A program made the position numbers and the translations under genes. The notes under the pieces are model-generated. The model did not search any database. It was not told the origin of the DNA and saw only the letters and a program-made list of their open reading frames with translations. Shown in pieces: positions 30,366 through 40,482 of a DNA stretch of 64,000 nt. The DNA comes from Alphaproteobacteria bacterium (lineage in GTDB: Bacteria > Pseudomonadota > Alphaproteobacteria > Rs-D84): NCBI GenBank assembly GCA_017615655.1, contig JAFZZS010000002.1, positions 195,114-259,113 of the forward strand, read 5' to 3'. The number at the start of each line of letters is the position of its first letter. Position 1 is the first letter of the stretch.

Positions 30366-31481
30366 CTATTTATTTGTTAACTGTAACTCAATGCGCCGGT
30401 TCTTTTGCAGGCTGACTGCATCGGTTCCAAGTTCAATTGGGTGCAAATCACCAAAGCCACTGGGGACCAAGCGTCTTGCCGATACACCATCGCGAATCAA
30501 TTCGTTCATGACCGCGCGTGCGCGCAAAATTGATAACTGCATATTATCAGCATAGGCACGATTTCCTGGGACAACAGGCTTTTTGTCAGTATGCCCATCA
30601 ATGCGAATAATCCAATTTATATCGGTTGGGATTTTTTCCTCTAGTCCTTTGATTACATTTGATATAAGGCGAACCTGATTCTTTCCTTCGGTTGATAATT
30701 TGTATGATCCTGTTTGGAACAGAATATCACTGGGGACAATGAATCTGTCGCCATCGGCCTGAACCGATGATGTATTACCAAGTGCGATTTTTATTGCTCT
30801 ATAAAATTCCGATTGATATTCTTCCATGGCTTTTAATTCGGCAACTTTGTCCGCCAGGGCTTTGTTAAGACGCGTTGACATTTCAATATATCTAACTTCC
30901 TGTTCCTTGGCAGATTTTTCTGCGATGGAAAGCGCATAAGTTAATTTGTCCAGTTCTTCTTGGTATTCTGCATCATATTCTTCAAGCTTCTGGGCTTGTA
31001 GTCGCATGGTTTCTTGCAGTTCAGCCTGTTTCTTGGCCAGTCCATCAGCCAGTTCACGTTGCGCGTTTTGTGAGGCATTTAACTGAGCTACCAGGTTCAG
31101 CATTTGTTGCTTGGTTGCCTCGTCTTGGGCCTGAAGGTCATTTACTTTGTTTTCATATGCGGTAATTAAATCTATGATAGAAAGGTCTTTTGATTCTAAA
31201 TCAGTTTGTGCGGATTCCAAACGGGCACGTGCCTGAATCAACAGACGCATTGCTTCCTGTTCGTCTGCGGTCATTTGGCGGATTTTTTCGCTTTGTTCTG
31301 CATTAGTTTGCTGTAATTCAGCGATAGTTTTCATTCCAGTTCTTTTGTTAAAGACACTTGTGGTTGTCCATAAAAACACGAATACAATCAACAAAAATAT
31401 CAATATGATGACCAGGTTCGAAAACAAATCGACGAACGCCGGCCATGTGTTTGTTCTATCACGAAATCTAAAGTTAAACAT
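30366..31481 (-). CDS. MotB/OmpA-like stator subunit with a ~200-aa coiled coil
   Basis: N-terminal TM/plug region (WPAFVDLFSNLVIILIFLLIVF), a long heptad-rich coiled coil, and a C-terminal OmpA-like peptidoglycan-binding domain (RIDGHTD...ILRARAV...RRIEL). Start taken at ATG 31481. Confidence 0.75.
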   Translation of the reverse strand: MFNFRFRDRTNTWPAFVDLFSNLVIILIFLLIVFVFLWTTTSVFNKRTGMKTIAELQQTNAEQSEKIRQMTADEQEAMRLLIQARARLESAQTDLESKDLSIIDLITAYENKVNDLQAQDEATKQQMLNLVAQLNASQNAQRELADGLAKKQAELQETMRLQAQKLEEYDAEYQEELDKLTYALSIAEKSAKEQEVRYIEMSTRLNKALADKVAELKAMEEYQSEFYRAIKIALGNTSSVQADGDRFIVPSDILFQTGSYKLSTEGKNQVRLISNVIKGLEEKIPTDINWIIRIDGHTDKKPVVPGNRAYADNMQLSILRARAVMNELIRDGVSARRLVPSGFGDLHPIELGTDAVSLQKNRRIELQLTNK

Positions 31482-31513
31482 TGTTTTCCTCTCTCGTTTT
31501 CTTATGCAGACAC

Positions 31514-32293
31514 CTAATTTTCTTCTTCGCAAACAGTATGAACGGTGTCATCAATGCGTTTAATAGAATTGACTATTTTGTCTAAACTGGACTCGATTCT
31601 TGGCCACATTCCTATTTCTGGGTGAGCAACATTGGTGCGCTTGGATAGGAAGTCTTCTAGTTCACGTATAATAGATCCCTGGGCCATATTTAGTTGTAAT
31701 GATAAAAATCCGACAACCAAGCTGCCCCCAAGGCCAAGTAACGAACTTGTAAATGCGGTAGCCATTCCACCAAGCGGACGGGTTAAACCAGACTGCATGG
31801 TTTCAAGAACCGTTTCATCATTAAAGTTAAGATTTCCAATTAATTCAGCAAAGCCACCAACCGTCAAAATCAATCCCCAAAATGTTCCCAATAGCCCCAA
31901 GAATACCAATGTGTTAGTAATATATCGGACGGATTCTCTATCATCTTCGAATCTAACAAGAACCGCATCTAATACACTGCGTAGACCACTTTCGGTCAAT
32001 TGATTCGGACGCGTCCGTAACATTAATGCAACGGAACTTAAAATACGGGGTTTAGGCATGTAACGGCGGGACCCGCCCGTATACGCATTTATCCAGCGAT
32101 GTTCCGGCAAAAGAGCAAACATTTTGATAAAACAAAGGATTATGCCGAATAGCGTTGTTCCAATAATTATGCCGTTAAGGTAAATATTTGCGGTCGCAAT
32201 TTCAAAAAAGGTGCGATAAAAGAATACTATTACGCACAGAATTATTGCCGTAAAAAGCGCCATTCTATTAAGGTTTCCGTGAAAAGTGCTCAT
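31514..32293 (-). CDS. MotA/TolQ/ExbB-family proton-channel subunit (259 aa, 4 TM)
   Basis: Two N-terminal TM helices, a ~70-aa cytoplasmic loop, then the family signature TFWGLILTVGGF...GGMATAFTSSLLGLGGSLVVGF. Lies immediately upstream of the motB-like gene. Confidence 0.75.
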   Translation of the reverse strand: MSTFHGNLNRMALFTAIILCVIVFFYRTFFEIATANIYLNGIIIGTTLFGIILCFIKMFALLPEHRWINAYTGGSRRYMPKPRILSSVALMLRTRPNQLTESGLRSVLDAVLVRFEDDRESVRYITNTLVFLGLLGTFWGLILTVGGFAELIGNLNFNDETVLETMQSGLTRPLGGMATAFTSSLLGLGGSLVVGFLSLQLNMAQGSIIRELEDFLSKRTNVAHPEIGMWPRIESSLDKIVNSIKRIDDTVHTVCEEEN

Positions 32294-32454
32294 ATGTCTT
32301 CCCCCATTACAATTGCATATTAGTAAAAAATTAAAACCCGTGTCAACAGGGATTATTATAAAATACTTGATTTTTTATAAAAAATTGCAATAATTGCGTC
32401 TGTTCCTGCTGTAGTCAATGGTGGTTACGGCTGATATAAACCAAAGGAAATAAA

Positions 32455-32793
32455 ATGGCTTACTATGAAAGTGTCCTGGTTTTTCGCCAGGATTTGACCG
32501 AGCCGCAGGTCAAAGAAAAAGCGGACAAATATGCTAGTATTATTAAAGAACTGGGTGGGGATGTTAAATCTACCGAATTTTGGGGATTGAAAAATCTTGC
32601 CTATATTATTCGTAAAAACCGCAAGGCGCACTATGTTATGATGAACGTAGAAATGCCAGGAACTGCGGTTGCTGAATTAGAACGTCGCTGCCGCATTGAC
32701 GAAGATATTATTCGTTTCTTGAATGTGCGTGTCGAAAAATTGGCAGATGGTCCATCTATCATGATGAAAAAGAATACCGAGGAGGCAGAATAA
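32455..32793 (+). CDS. rpsF: 30S ribosomal protein S6
   Basis: [14 protein letters not shown]... is the canonical S6 N-terminus. Confidence 0.9.
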   Translation: MAYYESVLVFRQDLTEPQVKEKADKYASIIKELGGDVKSTEFWGLKNLAYIIRKNRKAHYVMMNVEMPGTAVAELERRCRIDEDIIRFLNVRVEKLADGPSIMMKKNTEEAE

Positions 32794-33020
32794 TGGCAGT
32801 TCGTGCAGCAATTTATCGTAAAAAAGCCAACCCATTAAAGGGCAAGGTTATCGATTACAAAGATGTTAAAATGTTGGGACACTATATCACAGAACGTGGT
32901 AAGATTGTTCCAAGTCGTATCAGTGGCGTTTCTCAGAAAGATCAACGTTTGTTGACACGTGCGATCAAACGCGCACGTCATTTAGGGTTGTTGCCATTTG
33001 TTCGTAATAACATTGGTTAA
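32793..33020 (+). CDS. rpsR: 30S ribosomal protein S18
   Basis: [46 protein letters not shown] is the S18 signature. Confidence 0.9.
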   Translation: MAVRAAIYRKKANPLKGKVIDYKDVKMLGHYITERGKIVPSRISGVSQKDQRLLTRAIKRARHLGLLPFVRNNIG

Positions 33021-33069
33021 TTAAAATATTTGGGTTTTACCCTAACTTACAACAATAAGGACAGATAAA

Positions 33070-33678
33070 ATGAAAGTTATTTTGACAGAAAAAATTACTC
33101 GTTTAGGAAATATTGGTGACACAGTAGAGGTAAAGACTGGTTATGCGCGTAATTTCTTGTTGCCAAACAACAAGGCTTTGCGCTGGTCACGTGAAAATGT
33201 TGCATTGTTCGAAGCACAAAAAGCGGAACTTCAGGCACGTCACGAGGCAGCTAAGAAATCCGCAGAATCCAAGGTCGATGCTGTCAAGAATGCCAAGATG
33301 TATATGATTCGTCAGGCTGGGGATACGGGTCAACTTTATGGTTCTGTATCTAGTCGCGACATTGCACGTACATTGAAAGAAATTGCAAATGTTGACATTT
33401 CTTCTGCTCAGGTTTTGCTAGGCGCACCAATCAAATCGATTGGGGCATTTGATACAAAAATTGCATTACACCCTGATGTTGTTGTCCCAATCAAAGTCTA
33501 TGTTGCGCGGACCAATGATGAAATTGAAGCGTTGGTTGCAGGCAAGGTTTTGACTTTCGGAACCAAGAAAGTTGAAGAAGATGCAAAAGAAGAAGTCAAA
33601 GAAGTAGCGGAAACACCCGAAAAACCAAAAGCGGATAACGTTGAATCTGCGGAACCAGTTGCGGATGTTGCGGAATAA
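33070..33678 (+). CDS. rplI: 50S ribosomal protein L9
   Basis: MKVILTEKITRLGNIGDTVEVKTGYARNFLLP is the canonical L9 N-domain, plus an acidic C-terminal tail. Confidence 0.9.
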   Translation: MKVILTEKITRLGNIGDTVEVKTGYARNFLLPNNKALRWSRENVALFEAQKAELQARHEAAKKSAESKVDAVKNAKMYMIRQAGDTGQLYGSVSSRDIARTLKEIANVDISSAQVLLGAPIKSIGAFDTKIALHPDVVVPIKVYVARTNDEIEALVAGKVLTFGTKKVEEDAKEEVKEVAETPEKPKADNVESAEPVADVAE

Positions 33679-33780
33679 TATCTTGTTATAAATACCCCAC
33701 ATTTGTGGGGTATTTGCACTATTTTTTATATTAAAGCGATAATGTGATGCGGATAATTTCAAATTAGGAGTTTAATAAAC

Positions 33781-34869
33781 ATGGTTAAAGAAAAATGCCC
33801 GAAAGTTTCTGTATTGGTACCATGCTATAACTCTGAGCGTTATATTGACGAATGCATCACCAGCATTATAAATCAATCTTTAAAAGATATAGAAGTTATC
33901 TGTATAAATGACGGATCGACTGATAATACCCTGGATATAATCAAAAAATATGCCGATTTAGATAGTCGGGTTTTGGTTATTGATAAACCAAACGAAGGCT
34001 ATGGTAAGACCATGAATCGTGGTCTGAACATTGCAAGTGGCGAGTATATCGCGATTGTTGAGTGCGATGATTGGATTGAAAAAAATGCACTGGAATTACT
34101 TTATACAACCGCAAAACAAAATGATGCCGATATGGTAAAAGCGGATTTTGTTTTGTTTGATAATGATACTCGTGTTGAAACGCCATCAAGGTGTTTCGGG
34201 GTCAGCCCAAAAATGTATGGCAAGGTATTTTGCCCGATGACAGATAATTCGGATGTCGCATGGACCGGTCACCCAAGTATTTGGACATGTTTATATCGAA
34301 ATGATATGATTCAGAAATATAAAATACGTTTTGCAGAAACACCTGGTGCGTCGTTTCAGGATATGGGATTTAAACCTAAAACTTTTATAGCCGCACGTTC
34401 ATTTGTATACATACCAAATGTTATACTGCATTATCGCAAACACGCCAATAATTCCGATAAGACAAATAGCAAGATTTTTGAAGTTTGCGAAGTTCATAAT
34501 GATGCGGACAGATGGTTACAGCAAAGCGGGTTGGAATCAAAACGTGCGTGGGATATACTGAATGTCTCACGATTTTCCAATTATGTTTGGAATTTGCGTC
34601 GATTAAGTGGTGATGCCAAGGCGCAATTTACACAAAGATTTCAATCTGATTTTGACAAGATTTTATCCGCAGGAAAACTTAATAGGAATTTCTTCAACGA
34701 TAAATTATGGTTAAAAGTGTGTATAATGGTATATCCAAATAATCCTTGGTGGCGAATTTTGCGTACACTGACCACTTTAATTTGGCCGATATACCGCAAT
34801 AAAGTAGTGTTTGGACACAAAGTATATTACTTGTTCGGGGGGATTGTTTTGAGAAAGGTAAAAGTGTAA
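33781..34869 (+). CDS. Family 2 glycosyltransferase
   Basis: GT-A fold: VSVLVPCYNSERYIDECITSI...ICINDGSTDNT...VECDDW (DxD-like). Confidence 0.8.
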   Translation: MVKEKCPKVSVLVPCYNSERYIDECITSIINQSLKDIEVICINDGSTDNTLDIIKKYADLDSRVLVIDKPNEGYGKTMNRGLNIASGEYIAIVECDDWIEKNALELLYTTAKQNDADMVKADFVLFDNDTRVETPSRCFGVSPKMYGKVFCPMTDNSDVAWTGHPSIWTCLYRNDMIQKYKIRFAETPGASFQDMGFKPKTFIAARSFVYIPNVILHYRKHANNSDKTNSKIFEVCEVHNDADRWLQQSGLESKRAWDILNVSRFSNYVWNLRRLSGDAKAQFTQRFQSDFDKILSAGKLNRNFFNDKLWLKVCIMVYPNNPWWRILRTLTTLIWPIYRNKVVFGHKVYYLFGGIVLRKVKV

Positions 34870-34885
34870 AGGTTGGTATGATAAA

Positions 34886-35719
34886 ATGAACAAGAAAATC
34901 GCAGTTATTGGTGCCAGTGCTTATTTGGCCGAAAATATATCAAATATATCAAAAAATGTTTTGTTGTTTTCACGCGCAGATGATTGGGCTAAGTCTGGTA
35001 ATGCTGATGATTTTGATTGGGTTATAAATTTTTCTATTCAGCCAGAATTTCAGAAAAAAATTTTACCGGAATCTGAATTGATTGATGTTAATATCGCCAA
35101 GATAATTCAAGGCATGAAGACAAAATTCGTAATGATTTCGTCAAGAAAAGTGTATGGGACTTGTAAAACATTAAATATTTTCTATGAAACCGACGAGTGT
35201 CATCCAGCCGATTTTTATGCGAAAAACAAATTAGCAACCGAGCATAAAGTACTAGATTTATTGCCCGAACAATCACTGATTGTGCGTGTATCAAATATTA
35301 TTGATTTTCCATCTAGGCGTCCTGAACAACGTGTGTTTATGGGATGGATTAGGGATTCTATGCGCGAAAAAGGTGAATTGAATATCACTGAAAATCCAGA
35401 TGTAAAAAAAGATTTTATAACACGAGATTATTTTCAACGCGCATTGCGTGATTTAATGAACAAAGACGAATTGGGAATATTTAATGTCGGTGCCGGATTT
35501 GCGGTCAGTCTGCGTGAATTGTTACCTAGGATAGTTGGACGTGGTAACTGTGTGTTTAGTGGCAAGAACAAGGAACTAGCAGATCAATTTATATTAAATA
35601 CTGACAAATTGCATATGGTAATGAAAGCTTTTTCTGTGGACGAATTATATACAAAGTGTGATAATATTCGCAAGGTGATGTTTGATAATATGGGGGCGCA
35701 TGATAATGGCAAAAATTAA
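34886..35719 (+). CDS. NAD(P)-binding sugar-nucleotide epimerase/reductase-like protein (RmlD-like)
   Basis: N-terminal Rossmann motif (IAVIGASAYLA); SDR-like architecture; located inside the glycan locus. Confidence 0.5.
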   Translation: MNKKIAVIGASAYLAENISNISKNVLLFSRADDWAKSGNADDFDWVINFSIQPEFQKKILPESELIDVNIAKIIQGMKTKFVMISSRKVYGTCKTLNIFYETDECHPADFYAKNKLATEHKVLDLLPEQSLIVRVSNIIDFPSRRPEQRVFMGWIRDSMREKGELNITENPDVKKDFITRDYFQRALRDLMNKDELGIFNVGAGFAVSLRELLPRIVGRGNCVFSGKNKELADQFILNTDKLHMVMKAFSVDELYTKCDNIRKVMFDNMGAHDNGKN

Positions 35720-36893
35720 ACACCTTGTTGTTGGCGCCGGAATTTCTGGGGCGACATTGGCGGAAAGAATTGCGAATGTTCTGCATGAACCAGTTGTCGT
35801 TATTGATTCCAGAAATCATATCGGTGGAAATTGTTTTGACTATGTTGATAAAACCGGAATCCGTATTCACAAATATGGTCCGCATATTTTTCATACCAAT
35901 AATCAGGATGTTTGGGATTATTTATCCCAATTTACGTCATGGCATCCGTTTTTCCTGCGTGTACGTGCATATATAGATGGCAAAACTGTTCCTTTTTCGT
36001 TTAATTTGAATAGTATTGCAGAATCTTTTCCACCAACCATGGCACAGCGGTTAACAGAAAAATTGATAGAAAAGTTAGGTTATGGACATAGGATTTCTAT
36101 TTTGCAATTGCGTGAATCTAAAGATGCGGATTTGGCGTTTTTGGCAGATTTTATTTATAACAAAGGTTTTTTAAATTATTATAAAAAACAATGGGGTTGT
36201 ACCCCCGAGGAACTTGATGCATCGGTTGCGGAACGGGTTCCAATTAGTATTTCTACATCGGATGATTATTTTATTGATAGGTATCAAGGTATACCGTCAA
36301 ATGGATGGACACCGATGATTAGGAAAATGCTGGATAATCCATTAATAACAGTTCGTTTGAATACCCCATTTGATAAATCAATGGAATATGAGAACTTATA
36401 TTACACGGGTCCAATTGATGAGTTTTTTAATTTCGAATTCGGCGAATTACCATACAGAAGTTTGACATTTGATATTCGTACATATAATCAGGAATATTTT
36501 CAAAATAATGTTGTGGTTAGTTATCCTAATAATTACGATTTTACGCGTATTTGTGAACATAAGTACTTTCTGGATGATAAATCTGATAAGACAGTTGTAT
36601 CTTTTGAGTATCCATCGGCGTTTGTAAACGGAAAAAATGAACGCTATTATCCGATACCACGTCCGGAAAATGCACGGTTATACGAAAAATATTTGGTTAA
36701 GGCACAAACAGAGTGTGGGAATACGTTCTTCTTTGGTCGGTTGGGGGATTACAAGTATTATAACATTGATATGGCAGTTGCCAGGGCATTAAATTTATTT
36801 GACGAGATAAAAAAACGTGAGGGTGGGAATGTCCAACAAACCAAAAGTTTCGGTTGTTGTGCCAATTTATGGTGGCGAAAAATATTTAAGTAA
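35706..36893 (+). CDS. glf: UDP-galactopyranose mutase
   Basis: FAD-binding VVGAGISGATLA...IDSRNHIGGNCFD...KYGPHIFHTNN, colinear with Glf. Confidence 0.9.
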   Translation: MAKIKHLVVGAGISGATLAERIANVLHEPVVVIDSRNHIGGNCFDYVDKTGIRIHKYGPHIFHTNNQDVWDYLSQFTSWHPFFLRVRAYIDGKTVPFSFNLNSIAESFPPTMAQRLTEKLIEKLGYGHRISILQLRESKDADLAFLADFIYNKGFLNYYKKQWGCTPEELDASVAERVPISISTSDDYFIDRYQGIPSNGWTPMIRKMLDNPLITVRLNTPFDKSMEYENLYYTGPIDEFFNFEFGELPYRSLTFDIRTYNQEYFQNNVVVSYPNNYDFTRICEHKYFLDDKSDKTVVSFEYPSAFVNGKNERYYPIPRPENARLYEKYLVKAQTECGNTFFFGRLGDYKYYNIDMAVARALNLFDEIKKREGGNVQQTKSFGCCANLWWRKIFK

Positions 36894-37971
36894 GTGTGTT
36901 GATTCTATATTGGATCAGACCCTTGCCAATATAGAAGTAATTTTAGTTGATGATGGGTCGCCTGATAAATGTCCAGAAATTATTGATAAATATGCCGAAA
37001 GTGATAGTCGTGTTGTCGCGCTGCACAAAGAAAATGGTGGCTACGGTTCCGCAGTCAATATGGGTATTGCGCATGCCAGGGGTGAATATATTGGTATTGT
37101 AGAAGGTGATGATTGGATTGAACCGACAATGTATAAGAAATTATATACAAATGCGGTTAAAAATGATTCGGATGTCGTTAAGTGTGGATTCTATAAATAT
37201 AATTCTTTGGCCCAAAAAGCAAAAAATATAAATAGAAAATGGCATGTTTCATACATGAATTTATTTGATGCCCCAAGTGGTACTTTTACAATTGCTGATT
37301 GGCCAAAGATAATGATGTGGCACGCGAGTGTTTGGGCGGCACTGTATAAAGCAGATTTTGTTAAAAATATAAAGATGCCAGAAACCAAATCTGCGGCATA
37401 CCAAGATTTTCCGTTTACTTGTGAAGTTATGGCGCGTGCAGCACGAATATCAGTTGTAAAAGAATATCTGGTTCATTATCGTATGGAACAAGGGCAGGGA
37501 AATTCCGCAGTTTGCAGAAATAAACGTGGCATTATGATGGCAACGCAATCAATCGCAGGTATAGATATTTTGTGTAAATACAATGTGTTAGATTTATGCA
37601 AAGAAGAAATATACTATCATGCGTATATTGCATCACGCGGATTTTTTGACAGGATAATGTGGCAATATAAATCTGAATTTTTTGATGAACTTTACAGGTT
37701 ATTGGAACCATTACGTAAAGATAAAAAATTTAAATGGCAGTATTTTAATTCTGCGGACAGGTATTTCTGTAACCATGTGATAATGAATGATTTAATTGGT
37801 GCGGTGCGTGTATGGTATCCACTGACGATTGCGTCATTACGTAAAGTGTTGATATCGGTACGTATGCCGCAAAAGGATTATTTTTCTGGTTGGCGAATTC
37901 AGTTGCTGGGTATCCAAATTGGGTCGCATCTAGATTATTCTGTACCCGCACTTATTAGAATAAAAATGTAG
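36829..37971 (+). CDS. Family 2 glycosyltransferase
   Basis: VSVVVPIYGGEKYLSKCVDSI...ILVDDGSPDKC...VEGDDW. Overlaps the glf 3' end by 65 nt if ATG 36829 is the start. Confidence 0.8.
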   Translation: MSNKPKVSVVVPIYGGEKYLSKCVDSILDQTLANIEVILVDDGSPDKCPEIIDKYAESDSRVVALHKENGGYGSAVNMGIAHARGEYIGIVEGDDWIEPTMYKKLYTNAVKNDSDVVKCGFYKYNSLAQKAKNINRKWHVSYMNLFDAPSGTFTIADWPKIMMWHASVWAALYKADFVKNIKMPETKSAAYQDFPFTCEVMARAARISVVKEYLVHYRMEQGQGNSAVCRNKRGIMMATQSIAGIDILCKYNVLDLCKEEIYYHAYIASRGFFDRIMWQYKSEFFDELYRLLEPLRKDKKFKWQYFNSADRYFCNHVIMNDLIGAVRVWYPLTIASLRKVLISVRMPQKDYFSGWRIQLLGIQIGSHLDYSVPALIRIKM

Positions 37972-38043
37972 CATTATAGAAAAAAATATGATAGTTTTCC
38001 TTGTGTGCGATTATAATGTTTTTATTAACCAAGGAAAACGTTT

Positions 38044-38949
38044 ATGCCGAAAAAACAAAAACCAATAAATATATTGTTTGCTGCAACATCGGATTATTTA
38101 CCTTATGCCATTGTTACGGCACGTTCCGCGATTGAACGTGCAAATGGTCGGCCAGTAAATATACATTTTATGTATGCGGATATTGTTAAACCAATTCCCG
38201 ATCAGGTAAGGGAATGTTGCTTTGAAATGGCGCGACGCAGTTTGGATGATGTAGATGCGACAATAAATTTCTATGATATTTCTGATAAAATGTTTTTGTT
38301 AGAAGGACAGAATGTCGGCATGTGGGGCCAGGCGATTTCTATGACGCATTATTTTTATCTGTTGTCGCCACTGGTGTTACCAAAAGATGTGGACAAAGTA
38401 ATCTATCTTGATACAGATATGATAGTTAACTGTGATTTAGGTGTCGCCTATGATACCAAGATGAGTTCTCATTTGATTGCGATGGGTGCTCCGCGTGGGG
38501 TTGAAGAAATGGGTGATGATGTTTCAAATTCGGGATTTTCGGTTTTGAATTTGAAAATGTGGCGTGCTGAAAATACGTTAGATACATTATTGGCGTTTGG
38601 GCGTGCATTACCACGTGCGCGTTTTTGTGACCAATACTTGTTGCATGAATATTTCAAGAAAAATCATGTTGATAGAATGATGTTTTTGGCACCCGAATAC
38701 AATTTGTTTCCGCAGTGTGCGATGCATGTTGCATTACAAGATATTAAGATACTGCATTTTACTGGTTACGGTGCATTTAAACCATGGCAAGATGTTTGTG
38801 GACGTCAGCGTGGTGCGCATTTGTGGTGGCGCAGTGCACGCCATACAGAGTTTTATGAAAAATTCATTATGGATATGGTTGCGGTGGGGTATAAAAGCAA
38901 ATCACAACATCATTCATTTTGGTGGCATTTAGTAAGAATGAAATTCTAA
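38044..38949 (+). CDS. Family 8 glycosyltransferase (LPS alpha-1,3-galactosyl/glucosyltransferase-like)
   Basis: NILFAATSDYLPY... and the YLDTDMIV DxD motif typical of GT8. Confidence 0.75.
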   Translation: MPKKQKPINILFAATSDYLPYAIVTARSAIERANGRPVNIHFMYADIVKPIPDQVRECCFEMARRSLDDVDATINFYDISDKMFLLEGQNVGMWGQAISMTHYFYLLSPLVLPKDVDKVIYLDTDMIVNCDLGVAYDTKMSSHLIAMGAPRGVEEMGDDVSNSGFSVLNLKMWRAENTLDTLLAFGRALPRARFCDQYLLHEYFKKNHVDRMMFLAPEYNLFPQCAMHVALQDIKILHFTGYGAFKPWQDVCGRQRGAHLWWRSARHTEFYEKFIMDMVAVGYKSKSQHHSFWWHLVRMKF

Positions 38950-38966
38950 CTATGGGATAAAAAGCA

Positions 38967-39910
38967 ATGCGTTTTTTTAATTTTAAACGAAAAACAGAAA
39001 AATCAAGTGCGGTTGTATCTGACCCAATTCGTATCATTGCCGAAAATGTTTTTACGCATGATGGTTGTGATGAATTTGAATATGAATTCTTGAAACACGT
39101 TTTTCAAAACAAACGCGTTTTGGCAAGTTATGATAACAAGGTGGCGTGGCTGGTTTGTATAACGGCATTGGCGTTGCATGATGATATTGCTGCGGCAAGA
39201 AGTCTTTTCTTGATGTATTATAAACGTTTCGGAATGAATGGTGTTGAATCTTATGAACCAATTTGCCGAATTGCAAAATCACTAGGACTGGGAAATGATT
39301 TAACTAATAAAACCATCGCGGTATATGACAAGGTTAAAAAAATTCGTTCAAAAAAGCGTTTTGAAAATATTATTAAAAAGGCAAAATCTGTTGCAATAGT
39401 CGGGCGTTCACCGGCATTGATTGGTAAAAAATTGGGGCATGAAATTGTGATGCACATGATGTCGTTATTCGGTTTAATATGGCGGATGTTTCCGGCAAAT
39501 ATTCGGTTGATTTTGGCGTAAAAAACGATGTGATGGTTATAAATTGTTGGAATAAAACTGACAATAACGCATTTTATTTATACAAAGATTTTCGGTTATA
39601 TGGTGCATTTTCGGGTGTTATGGATTCTGTTTATAATGATGAGTGTAAAAATGCAGATTTCCTTGATTTTGGGCTAAAGGCGGAATGTTGTCGTGAATCT
39701 GGATTGGTTGATCCGACAAGTGGGGCACTTGCAATAATGTGGGTTAAGAAAATATTGGGTAATTTAGACAAAGTGGACATATATGGCTTTGCGTTCCAGG
39801 ATGAAAATATGAATCTTGGGCATTATGATGGTAAATATGTCATAAATGATGACATTCACAATATGCGAGCAGAAGTAGAATACTTGCGGCAGATTGCAAA
39901 CAAAGATTAA
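38967..39910 (+). pseudogene. GT29-type (animal-like) sialyltransferase homologue interrupted by a 2-bp insertion
   Basis: Frame 1 gives the sialylmotif-L start VAIVGRSPALIGKKLGHEI. Frame 2 (from 39449) continues DAHDVVIRFN, then motif S PTSGALAIMWVKKILGNLDKVDIYGFAF, motif III HYDG and motif VS HNMRAE. Removing TG at 39447-39448 (TTG[TG]ATG) restores a single ~314-aa ORF. Confidence 0.65.
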
Positions 39911-39927
39911 CTGGTTGGTAATTTTAA

Positions 39928-40467
39928 ATGAAGCGGCTAATTTCTAAATTTTCATTGTTGTCACGAATAATATATGGTCAGTCCAAACGTGAACTGCAAC
40001 GCGATATTTACACCCGGTCAATTCAAAAACAGGTTAAATCATGTGGTCTTGGGTTGCGGGTAAATGCGCCGTGTTCTATGACACATAACACAATTTTAGG
40101 TGACCATTGTAATTTTAATGGGATGCGAATAACTGGTTCTGGAATGTGCAAAATTGGAAATTATTTTCATTTTGGTGATGGGTGTCGTATATTGACCGAA
40201 AATCATAATTACGAAGGGGATGAAATACCATACGATTCCACATACATTTCCAAAGATGTAATTATTGGTGATTTTGTGTGGTTGGGTATAAATGTAATAA
40301 TTTTGCCCGGAACCGAGATAGGCGATGGTGCCATTATTCAGGCGGGGGCGGTTGTTCACGGGAAAATACCACCATATGCAATTGTTGGTGGTAATCCTGC
40401 GGTTGTGTTCAAATACCGTGATAAAGAACATTTTGAAAAACTAAGAAAATCAAAGAAATTTCATTAA
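39928..40467 (+). CDS. Hexapeptide-repeat sugar O-acetyltransferase (NeuD/WbbJ/LacA-like)
   Basis: Left-handed beta-helix hexapeptide repeats (IGDFVWLGINVIILPGTEIGDGAIIQAGAVV). Confidence 0.75.
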   Translation: MKRLISKFSLLSRIIYGQSKRELQRDIYTRSIQKQVKSCGLGLRVNAPCSMTHNTILGDHCNFNGMRITGSGMCKIGNYFHFGDGCRILTENHNYEGDEIPYDSTYISKDVIIGDFVWLGINVIILPGTEIGDGAIIQAGAVVHGKIPPYAIVGGNPAVVFKYRDKEHFEKLRKSKKFH

Positions 40468-40482
40468 ACAAAAGGATGAAAA

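Noticed and set aside
36829-36893. 65-nt overlap between glf and the following GT2 gene as evidence of a frameshift or fusion
   Set aside because: Both proteins are full length with intact termini in their own frames. The only in-frame ATG for the GT2 lies inside glf, so it is more likely a genuine overlap or translational coupling than a sequencing problem.
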